IMG/VR virus record: IMGVR_UViG_3300045286_000062
Location: 1-39,034 of that record
Length of the DNA stretch: 39,034 bases
Reading direction: 5' to 3' (one strand)
From: a virus
Lineage: Duplodnaviria; Caudoviricetes
Position numbers and translations under genes: made by a program. Positions 26,195 to 33,479 of this stretch are shown piece by piece. Under the pieces are notes generated by a model. That model ran no database searches. It was not told where the DNA came from and saw only the letters and a list, made by a program, of their open reading frames with translations. Numbering within the stretch: the first letter of the stretch is position 1; each line of letters begins with the position of its first letter.

Positions 26195-27736
26195 ATGTTT
26201 CCCAACTTCACTCCTGCGATCCTTGGCGAGGTTAAGAAGGCCCTGGCCTCCCCCCTCTCTGCCGATGACATCGCCAAGACCGGCGGATGGCAGCAATCCG
26301 CCTCGTCGATCACTGGAATCACCCAGTACGCGCTAGACGTCCCGGCGCTGTCGCTGTTTCCCGTCATCTACCCGCTGGTGCAGAAGATCCCGCGCATCAC
26401 CGGAGGCCAGGGCATCCAGGCCAACTGGCGTGCGGTCACCGGCATCAACACCGCCAACCTCCGTCCAGGCGTTCCCGCAGGGACCCGGAACACCACGGTC
26501 ACCCACACGACCTCCGATTACCTCGCGGCCTTCAAGACGATGTCCCTCGACGAGTCGGTCGACTTCCAGGCTGACTGGGCCGCCGAGGGGTTTGACGACA
26601 TCAAGGCCCGAGCGGTCACCAACCTGCTATGGGCGCTGATGATCCAAGAGGAACAGGTCGACCTATGGGGCAACACCTCGCTGGCGATGAACGGCACGTA
26701 CACGCCGACCCTGACCCAAGCCGACACGGGCGGGACCTTGCTCGACTCGACCAACTACGTCGTCAAGTGCGTCCCGTTGACCCTGGCCGGATACCAACAG
26801 GTCGCGGGCACCAACAACGGTATGATCGGCTCCGCCCTCAATGCGGCCACGGCAACGATCAGCTCCACCTTCACGATCACCCCGGCCAACGGCGCGGCCT
26901 CCTTCACCCGCAACGGCGGAGTGGGCAAGCCAGGAACCGCGACGGTCGCCACTAGCGCGAACGGCGGCAACAAGCACAGCATCGCGGCCTCGGTCACGGT
27001 CGTGCCCGGCGCTGCGGCCTACGCCTGGTACGTCGGCACGGCGGGATCCGAGAAGCTGAACAGCATCAGCACGCTCAACAGCGTGGTGATCACCACCCCC
27101 AGCGACGCCGGGGCGCAGGCCTTCACTGCATTGTCGGCGAACGACTGCTCCGAGGACCAGTACGAGTACGACGGCCTCGTGACCCAGATCTTCAAGGGCG
27201 GATACTACGACTCGCTGGCGACCGGCACGCCGGGCACCGGCAACAAGCTGACCGCAGACGGCGGCGGCGGGATCACGGAAATCAATACCGTGTTCTTGAA
27301 CATGTACAACCTGTACCGCCTCAGCCCGACCGAGATCTTCGTCAACGCGCAGCAGGCCATCGACATCAACGCCCTGGTCATCAAGGGCGGAGCGGCCCCG
27401 CTGGCCCGCTTCAACATCGACGCCAACGCCCCCGGCACCATCGTCGGCGGTGCGATTGTCGGGACCTTGATGAACAAGATCACGGGCACCCAGGTCAAGA
27501 TCACGGTCCACCCGAACGTCCCCCCTGGCACCATGGTGTTCTGGAGCGACCGAGTGCCGTACCCGGTCAACAACGCCGGGCAGTTGATCCGCAAGCGCCT
27601 GCGCCGGGACTACTTCGCCACCGAATGGCCGATCACGACCTTCCAGTACACCTACGCGTCGACGATGGATGGCGTGCTGCAATGCCTGGCCCCGTTCGCG
27701 TTCAGGGTTTTGAACAACATCGCCCCAGGCGTCTAA
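26195..27736 (+). CDS. Major capsid protein
   Basis: 513 aa after protease; strongly biased codons; GAGG RBS. Confidence 0.85.
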   Translation: MFPNFTPAILGEVKKALASPLSADDIAKTGGWQQSASSITGITQYALDVPALSLFPVIYPLVQKIPRITGGQGIQANWRAVTGINTANLRPGVPAGTRNTTVTHTTSDYLAAFKTMSLDESVDFQADWAAEGFDDIKARAVTNLLWALMIQEEQVDLWGNTSLAMNGTYTPTLTQADTGGTLLDSTNYVVKCVPLTLAGYQQVAGTNNGMIGSALNAATATISSTFTITPANGAASFTRNGGVGKPGTATVATSANGGNKHSIAASVTVVPGAAAYAWYVGTAGSEKLNSISTLNSVVITTPSDAGAQAFTALSANDCSEDQYEYDGLVTQIFKGGYYDSLATGTPGTGNKLTADGGGGITEINTVFLNMYNLYRLSPTEIFVNAQQAIDINALVIKGGAAPLARFNIDANAPGTIVGGAIVGTLMNKITGTQVKITVHPNVPPGTMVFWSDRVPYPVNNAGQLIRKRLRRDYFATEWPITTFQYTYASTMDGVLQCLAPFAFRVLNNIAPGV

Positions 27737-27737
27737 G

Positions 27738-27929
27738 ATGGCGACTGCGAAGAAAAAGGCCGCCCAACTGCCGGAGGGGCTTAAAGTCCCTCCGGGTAAC
27801 GTCGCCCTCATCGGGGGAAACTGCTCGTTTGACGGGCAGGAGTACCTCGCCGAGGGCGAATGCGTCATCGTCCCCGAGGCGGCGGCCAAGATCCTCGAGG
27901 AGCACGGATTCAAGAGGCTGGAACAGTGA
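27738..27929 (+). CDS. Small head-associated protein
   Basis: 63 aa directly after the capsid gene. Confidence 0.6.
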   Translation: MATAKKKAAQLPEGLKVPPGNVALIGGNCSFDGQEYLAEGECVIVPEAAAKILEEHGFKRLEQ

Positions 27930-28714
27930 CTCAGATTCGATTCACCACCCTCGCCAATGCCAAGCGCTATCTCGCTCTGACGGCGGCCACCGACGACGGC
28001 CTCGTCGACCGGCTCATCCTGAGCGCCACGGGGTTTGTGCGCGGATGGATCAACCGGGAGATCGCCATGGCGTCATACACGGAGACCTATGCGGGCAGCG
28101 GAAGCCACACCCAGACGGTGTTCAACTACCCGATCATTTCCGTCCAGGCCCTCACCATCGACGGGCAGGACATCCCCGAAAAAACCGGATTCGGCGCACC
28201 CGGATTCACCTGGCGCGACTACCAAGTCGTGACGGACGGCTACCGATTCAACGAAGGCATCGACAACGTCCAGGTCACTTACACGGCAGGCTACCAGATG
28301 ACGGAGGCCAAGCCGATCCCGGCCACGCCAGACCCCGCACCGAACCCCGACACCACCACGTACACCATCACCACGACGGCGGTCTGGGCTACGGGCGTTT
28401 CGGTCTACGTGGACGGCACCCTGCTCACCGAAGTCGCGGCGGATCCCGCCGACGGCGAATACACGGTCGCCGAAGGCCTCTACACCTTCAACGTGGCGCA
28501 GCAAGGGAAGACCGCCATCATCACCTACGGGCACATCCCGTGGGAGATCGAGCAGGCCACCATCGACCTCGTGGCGCGGAAGTACCGCGAGCGCGACCGG
28601 GTCGGCCTGGTCTCGAAGGGGCTGGCAGGCGAAACGACCGCCTACAGCCAAAGCGACCTCAGCGCGGACACCAAGGCCATGCTCAACCAGTACCGCCAAG
28701 TGGTCCCGGTATGA
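27926..28714 (+). CDS. Head-tail adaptor with inserted beta domain
   Basis: TTLANAKRYL..DDGLVDRLI; VTYTAGY; IPWEIEQA; MLNQYR. Confidence 0.8.
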   Translation: MTQIRFTTLANAKRYLALTAATDDGLVDRLILSATGFVRGWINREIAMASYTETYAGSGSHTQTVFNYPIISVQALTIDGQDIPEKTGFGAPGFTWRDYQVVTDGYRFNEGIDNVQVTYTAGYQMTEAKPIPATPDPAPNPDTTTYTITTTAVWATGVSVYVDGTLLTEVAADPADGEYTVAEGLYTFNVAQQGKTAIITYGHIPWEIEQATIDLVARKYRERDRVGLVSKGLAGETTAYSQSDLSADTKAMLNQYRQVVPV

Positions 28715-29277
28715 GCGTCCAGATGACCGTCCTGGGAGTCGACAAGATGAAGGCCAGGCTCGAAGGATGGGCCAAGTTCCAAGACAGGATGACGCCGGTC
28801 ATGCTCAGGATCGCCACGGACCTCGCCACCCACATCGACAAGGACAAGCTGCGCGGCCAGGTGCTGCACACCCGAAGCGGCAAACTGAGGCGGAGCCTGC
28901 ACCCGAGCGTTTATTCAACCAGCCCGACCGAGCTGGTCGCCATGGTCAGCAACAACACGGAGTACGCCCGCATCCAGGAATACGGCGGGACGATCCGCCC
29001 GGTCAACCGGCAGTGGTTGACAATCCCCCTACCGGCGGCCCTGACCCCGAAAGGCGTGATGAGATACCCCAGTGCGAGAGACTACCCCAACACGTTCATC
29101 GCCAAAGGAACCATATTCCAAGACCCGAAAAAGAAGGGCGGCCTTCCTGTTCCTCTTTTTCTTTTGCGGAAAACCTCGAAAATCCCCGCCAGGCCCTACA
29201 TGGCACCCAGCCTCCGGGAGATGAAGCAAGACATCCTGGCCCGCATGACCCAAGCCATCCAGAGAGCAATGACATGA
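28711..29277 (+). CDS. Neck / tail-completion protein (HK97 gp10-like)
   Basis: RSGKLRRS, EYARIQEYGG, IPARPYMAPSL. Confidence 0.8.
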   Translation: MSVQMTVLGVDKMKARLEGWAKFQDRMTPVMLRIATDLATHIDKDKLRGQVLHTRSGKLRRSLHPSVYSTSPTELVAMVSNNTEYARIQEYGGTIRPVNRQWLTIPLPAALTPKGVMRYPSARDYPNTFIAKGTIFQDPKKKGGLPVPLFLLRKTSKIPARPYMAPSLREMKQDILARMTQAIQRAMT

Positions 29278-29705
29278 TCACCATGAAGGCCCCAGCAGGG
29301 CAGTCCGTGGCCTACGGACAATCAGGCACCGAGTACACCGTCAACGCCAACGGCCAGGCGACCGTCAAGCCCCAGGACGTCATAGGCCTGTTGAGTAACG
29401 GCTGGTCCTTCCCCGCCTTCGGTTCCGTGACCGCCCTGCTGGCGGCCAACAACCTGGACGACCTCGCAGACGTCCCGACGGCGCTACTCAGCCTCGGGCT
29501 GGGCACGGCGGCGGACAGCACCGACTTTGCCACGGCAGCCCAAGGCGCGAAGGCCGACACCGCCCTCCAAAGCGCGGCGGCATTCACCAAGGCACCCGTC
29601 GCGGCCCCGGGCACCGCTGGCACCTGTGCCTACGATGCGACGCACGTCTATGTGTGCGTGGCGACCGACACCTGGGTCAGGGCAGATCTGGCGACATGGG
29701 CATGA
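29274..29705 (+). CDS. Short fibre / whisker-like virion protein
   Basis: NNLDDL..LGLGTAA, ATAAQGAKADTALQ, YVCVATDTWVR fibre-type motifs. Confidence 0.6.
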   Translation: MITMKAPAGQSVAYGQSGTEYTVNANGQATVKPQDVIGLLSNGWSFPAFGSVTALLAANNLDDLADVPTALLSLGLGTAADSTDFATAAQGAKADTALQSAAAFTKAPVAAPGTAGTCAYDATHVYVCVATDTWVRADLATWA

Positions 29706-29830
29706 TCAACGAGGCCTTCTTTGAAGGAGCCATCCAATGGGCTCGCCCGCTTTTCCAATGGTGGCTGGTGGCGGTCGAGACAGGCATCGCCGTCCTGGCC
29801 CTGCTCCTCGTCATAGGCAGCTCCAGATGA
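29702..29830 (+). CDS. Small single-TM protein, possible holin (42 aa)
   Basis: ATGA overlaps on both sides; WWLVAVETGIAVLALLLVIG; directly before endolysin. Confidence 0.5.
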   Translation: MINEAFFEGAIQWARPLFQWWLVAVETGIAVLALLLVIGSSR

Positions 29831-30261
29831 AGACCAATGCGGCGGGACTGAAGATCATCAAGACCAGCGAAGGCGTCCGCTTGAAAGCCTACAAACCGAC
29901 CCCGGACGACGTCTGGACCATCGGCTGGGGCCACACCAAGGACGTCACGGAAGGCATGGCCTGCACCCGGACGCAAGCCGAGCAATGGCTAAAGGAGGAC
30001 ATCACCAAGGCCGAGGACGCGGTATGCCGCCTCCTGGGCGTGACACATGCCACCCCCAACGAATTCAGCGCCATGGTGAGCCTGTGCTACAACATCGGGG
30101 CCGGGCACTTCAAGGCCTCGTCGGTCCTGGCCCGCCACAAGGAAGGCAAGCGCCACGAGGCCGCCGAGGCGTTCCTGCTGTGGGACAAGCAGGACGGCAA
30201 GGTGCTGAGGGGGCTGGTCATCCGCCGGGCGAGGGAAAAGGCCCTCTACCAGACGCCATGA
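29827..30261 (+). CDS. Endolysin, GH24 lysozyme
   Basis: SEGVRLKAY..D..WTIGWGHT; FSAMVSLCYNIG; GLVIRRARE. Confidence 0.93.
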   Translation: MKTNAAGLKIIKTSEGVRLKAYKPTPDDVWTIGWGHTKDVTEGMACTRTQAEQWLKEDITKAEDAVCRLLGVTHATPNEFSAMVSLCYNIGAGHFKASSVLARHKEGKRHEAAEAFLLWDKQDGKVLRGLVIRRAREKALYQTP

Positions 30262-30695
30262 GCAGGCCCTCGAGGGAGGTCGTGGCGGAGGCGGTGCTAG
30301 ACCACCTGGCCGGGATGATCCCTGCGATCATCACCACAAGCCGGAAGCTGCGCCACTTTTCCGAGGTCGCACCACCCGAGCAGCCCGCCCTGTTCATGTC
30401 CCAGGCCTCGCAGGACGTCGAACAGGAAAAAGGCGTCCCGCCGAAATGGATCTACAATTACAAGCTGTGGCTGTACGCGCACGCGGACAACCCGGATGAT
30501 ATCCCGAGCAGCATCCAGAATGCCTTGCTCGACGCCATCGAGGCCGCATTTGCGCCCGATGACATCATCACCCACTGCCTAACCCTCGGCGGCACCGTCA
30601 GCCACTGCTGGATCGAGGGCGAGGTCGAGATGGACGAAGGACTGCTGGGGCAACAGACGGTCGCCGTGATACCCGTGAGGGTGCTGGTGCCATGA
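30258..30695 (+). CDS. Tail terminator-like protein
   Basis: Immediately upstream of major tail gene; LLDAIEAA..TLGGTVSHCWIEG. Confidence 0.7.
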   Translation: MSRPSREVVAEAVLDHLAGMIPAIITTSRKLRHFSEVAPPEQPALFMSQASQDVEQEKGVPPKWIYNYKLWLYAHADNPDDIPSSIQNALLDAIEAAFAPDDIITHCLTLGGTVSHCWIEGEVEMDEGLLGQQTVAVIPVRVLVP

Positions 30696-30720
30696 ACAAC
30701 CAACCTAAGAGGCGAAGGCC

Positions 30721-31461
30721 ATGACTCAATACGCATTCGGCGCAGGCAGCCTGTGGAACATCCCAGGCACCACCAACCCCACCCCTTCCCGCCTTGGAGC
30801 ACTCCAGCAGGCAGGCGTGGATTTCAACGCGAACACCGTCAACTTGTTTGGCTCCTACCAGTTTCCGCTGGCCTCGGCACGCGGCACGGTCAAGATCGAT
30901 GGCACCGGGAAGTTTGCCCAGCTCAACGGGCACCTGCTTAATGACGTCTTCTTTTCCAACAGCAGCCTGGCGACGGGAACCCAGGTCGTCGTCGACCTCG
31001 AGGCCGGGGCTATCCCAGGCAGCGTCGCCTACACCGTCACCGTCGCCGGATCGGCCACTTGGACCACCGACCTCGGCGTGATCGACGCGATCAACGGAAC
31101 CCCGTATGTCCGCGTGTCGGCGGTCGCGGCGGCAGGCCAGTATTCGGTCTCGGCGGGCGTCTACACGTTCTACGTGGACGACAAGAGCAAGAACGTGCTG
31201 ATCAGCTACATCAAGACGGCGGTGACGGGCGAGACCCTGACCATGGGCAACGCTCTCATGGGCGTGGCGGCGGCTTTCAAGGCGGTCCTGATGCAAAGCT
31301 ACAACGCCCAGCAGCACGTCCTGACCCTCAACAAGGCCATCGCGGCAAAATTCAGCTTGCAGACGGCCCTCGAGGACTTCGCCAAGCCTGACTTCACCTT
31401 CGGGGCCTTCAGCGATTCGAGCAACACCATCGGCACCTGGAGCTTTGCGGAGGCCTCGTGA
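30721..31461 (+). CDS. Major tail (tube) protein
   Basis: FGAGSLW..LGALQQ..LFGSYQFPL; position in tail operon. Confidence 0.8.
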   Translation: MTQYAFGAGSLWNIPGTTNPTPSRLGALQQAGVDFNANTVNLFGSYQFPLASARGTVKIDGTGKFAQLNGHLLNDVFFSNSSLATGTQVVVDLEAGAIPGSVAYTVTVAGSATWTTDLGVIDAINGTPYVRVSAVAAAGQYSVSAGVYTFYVDDKSKNVLISYIKTAVTGETLTMGNALMGVAAAFKAVLMQSYNAQQHVLTLNKAIAAKFSLQTALEDFAKPDFTFGAFSDSSNTIGTWSFAEAS

Positions 31462-31997
31462 CCGGCCAGGAATGGGACATCCTCGACAACGCCCTGGCAG
31501 GCGTGCCGATCCACCGCATCGCCGAAGCCTACGGGGTCGAGGAGGTGGTGGTGGACGCGCTGCTTGCCAGGGCGTTGCATTGCGTCCGGGAGTGTTTCGC
31601 CTCGGGCATGCATCCGTACTTCAAGCTGGACGGCATCGAGGACGCCAGGCGCAACCGCATCGAGGTCCGCGAGGTGCTCAAGGGCGTCGAACAATGGGAG
31701 CGCCTGCACCGCCCGGTCGCGGATCTCATCTTCAGGGGGCACGCAGCCTCCCTGGCGATGGACGCCTACGGACTGAGCAGAAGCCAGGTCAACGAGATCG
31801 TGATCGACGCGATACTCAAAATCTCGGGATTCCTCCATCCGCACGAACAGGCCGCCTTGGGCCGGGACCCCGTGGGATGGATCAAGAACAACCGGGACCG
31901 GGTCTCCGTCATGCTGGACCGAGTCCCGTCGATGGACGGAGGGCGGACCTTTGCCAGCATCCACTTCGAGGCGGCCAAGATACCGGACGCCGCATGA
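31458..31997 (+). CDS. Hypothetical protein, possibly with two HTH-like repeats
   Basis: GTGA coupling; IAEAYGVEEVVV and AMDAYGLSRSQV. Confidence 0.55.
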   Translation: MTGQEWDILDNALAGVPIHRIAEAYGVEEVVVDALLARALHCVRECFASGMHPYFKLDGIEDARRNRIEVREVLKGVEQWERLHRPVADLIFRGHAASLAMDAYGLSRSQVNEIVIDAILKISGFLHPHEQAALGRDPVGWIKNNRDRVSVMLDRVPSMDGGRTFASIHFEAAKIPDAA

Positions 31998-32174
31998 TTT
32001 GAGCGTGGACCAGGCAATGAGAACGGCACCGAAGAGGTCAAGCTGGACAAGGGGCCGGTCTACCCGGACCTGGACTATGCCAACACGGTCGAGGTCGAAA
32101 GCGCCATCTACCTCGGGGCCGCCAAGGAACTCCGCGAGCTGGGGCGTTCCGTAGCCAACCAGACCAAGGGCTAA
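31994..32174 (+). pseudogene. Small gene broken by a +1 shift (ATG ATT T GAG), or readthrough extension of upstream ORF
   Basis: 58 open codons with coding-like bias from 31998 to TAA 32174; no in-frame start. Confidence 0.45.
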
Positions 32175-32191
32175 AGGCCCGAGAGGGCATC

Positions 32192-32554
32192 ATGCTTCAA
32201 GATCTCCATATCCACATCCACACAGACCCAAAGGGGCTAGAAATGAAAGTCAGTGAACTCATCGAAATCCTCGCCGCGACCAACGCGGACCTGATCGCCA
32301 CCGACACGCAACTGCTCAAAGCCAAGGACGAGATCATCGCCAAGGTGGGCGAGCTGCAAGCCAGCGTCCAAACCTTGACGGCCTCCGTGGCCGACCTGAC
32401 CTCCCGGCTTTCCGACGCCACGCTCACCGAGGCGCAGGCCGCCTCCGTGCAAGCCGTGGTGGACGGGGCCGCGAAGGTGAAGGGCGACGCGCAGGCGCTC
32501 GACGATCTGAACCCGGACGCACCCGCACAGGCGGAAGCACCGGCTGCACAGTAA
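32192..32554 (+). CDS. Coiled-coil hypothetical protein
   Basis: Heptad pattern; alternative start at 32243. Confidence 0.7.
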   Translation: MLQDLHIHIHTDPKGLEMKVSELIEILAATNADLIATDTQLLKAKDEIIAKVGELQASVQTLTASVADLTSRLSDATLTEAQAASVQAVVDGAAKVKGDAQALDDLNPDAPAQAEAPAAQ

Positions 32555-32624
32555 GGCCTGACAAGGGGCCAGCCGCCAGCCCCCCGGCATTAAACCAAGC
32601 CCGCAAGGGTGGGGGCCATGAACA

Positions 32625-32654
32625 AAAGAACATCCTGACATCAGGACGTTCTTA
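32625..32654. repeat. 30-bp palindrome copy 6
   Basis: AAAGAACATCCTGACATCAGGACGTTCTTA. Confidence 0.95.
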
Positions 32655-32680
32655 AAACCAACAACCAAAGGGGCACGCAC

Positions 32681-32905
32681 ATGAACATCGACACCGCACG
32701 ATTCGAACAGGCCATGGAACACGCAGGCGAGGCCGCCAAGCACATCGGAAAATTCCTGGTCCATTTTGTCGCCGGGGCCGCCCCGATTGCGGCGGCGGTC
32801 GGCACTGCCATCGGCAACCCTGCCGTCATCGCCGGGGCCAAGGCCGCCGGAACAGTCGCGCAAGGGATCGAGGCCGTCGAAGCGGAACAGGAGAAAACCC
32901 AATGA
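32681..32905 (+). CDS. Small Ala-rich hydrophobic protein
   Basis: AAGGGG RBS; 74 aa; ATGA-coupled to next gene. Confidence 0.65.
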   Translation: MNIDTARFEQAMEHAGEAAKHIGKFLVHFVAGAAPIAAAVGTAIGNPAVIAGAKAAGTVAQGIEAVEAEQEKTQ

Positions 32906-33264
32906 AGGACGCCAAGCCGACCATCAGCCTGGAGGCCAAGCACAAGGCCATGACCCACCCGCCCATCAAGGGCAAGCCCGTCGACATGGGGGGATACACA
33001 TGGACCGTGGCCCCCTTGACCATGCGCCACCTCGAGGCCGTCCAGGATCTGCTCGCCGAAGCCAAAGACCAAAGGGAGGTCTACCGGGCGAACCTGGCCG
33101 GGATCGTCTGGAGCCTGCAACGCAACTACCCCGGCATCACCCTGGAGGACGTGCTCGACCTGGTGGACGCGGGGAACTACCCGGACGTGCTCGCGGCGGT
33201 CGCCGGGGCCAGCGGGGTGCAACTGGGAAACCTACCCGGGGTGGAGGCGAACCCCTCGACATAA
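32902..33264 (+). CDS. Tail assembly chaperone (lambda G-like)
   Basis: Upstream of tape measure; contains G-GGA-AAC slippery site. Confidence 0.8.
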   Translation: MKDAKPTISLEAKHKAMTHPPIKGKPVDMGGYTWTVAPLTMRHLEAVQDLLAEAKDQREVYRANLAGIVWSLQRNYPGITLEDVLDLVDAGNYPDVLAAVAGASGVQLGNLPGVEANPST

Positions 33265-33476
33265 ACAGACTTGTCGCCTCGATTGTCGCGGCGACAGGGT
33301 GGACCTGGGACGAGACCCTGGACACCATGACCATGCCCAGGTACGAGGCACTTATGGCCGAATGGGAGGCCGCGCCCCCGGTCAATCTTTCGGTCGCCTT
33401 GTTCCTGGGCACCTATAAACCCAGGCAGGCCGCTAAACCCAAGCCAGGCGACCTGCTGGATTCATTCGAGGACTAG
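33225..33476 (+). CDS. Tail assembly chaperone -1 frameshift extension (GT-like)
   Basis: CTG GGA AAC at 33223-33231; -1 frame gives ATGWTWDETLDTMTMPRY..W..PP. Confidence 0.8.
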   Translation, partial: GKPTRGGGEPLDINRLVASIVAATGWTWDETLDTMTMPRYEALMAEWEAAPPVNLSVALFLGTYKPRQAAKPKPGDLLDSFED

Positions 33477-33479
33477 GCG

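Noticed and set aside
6666-32654. Palindromes as CRISPR repeats, protelomerase sites or recombinase sites
   Set aside because: Copies are kilobases apart with no spacers; no cas, protelomerase or recombinase gene seen (a host recombinase is not excluded)
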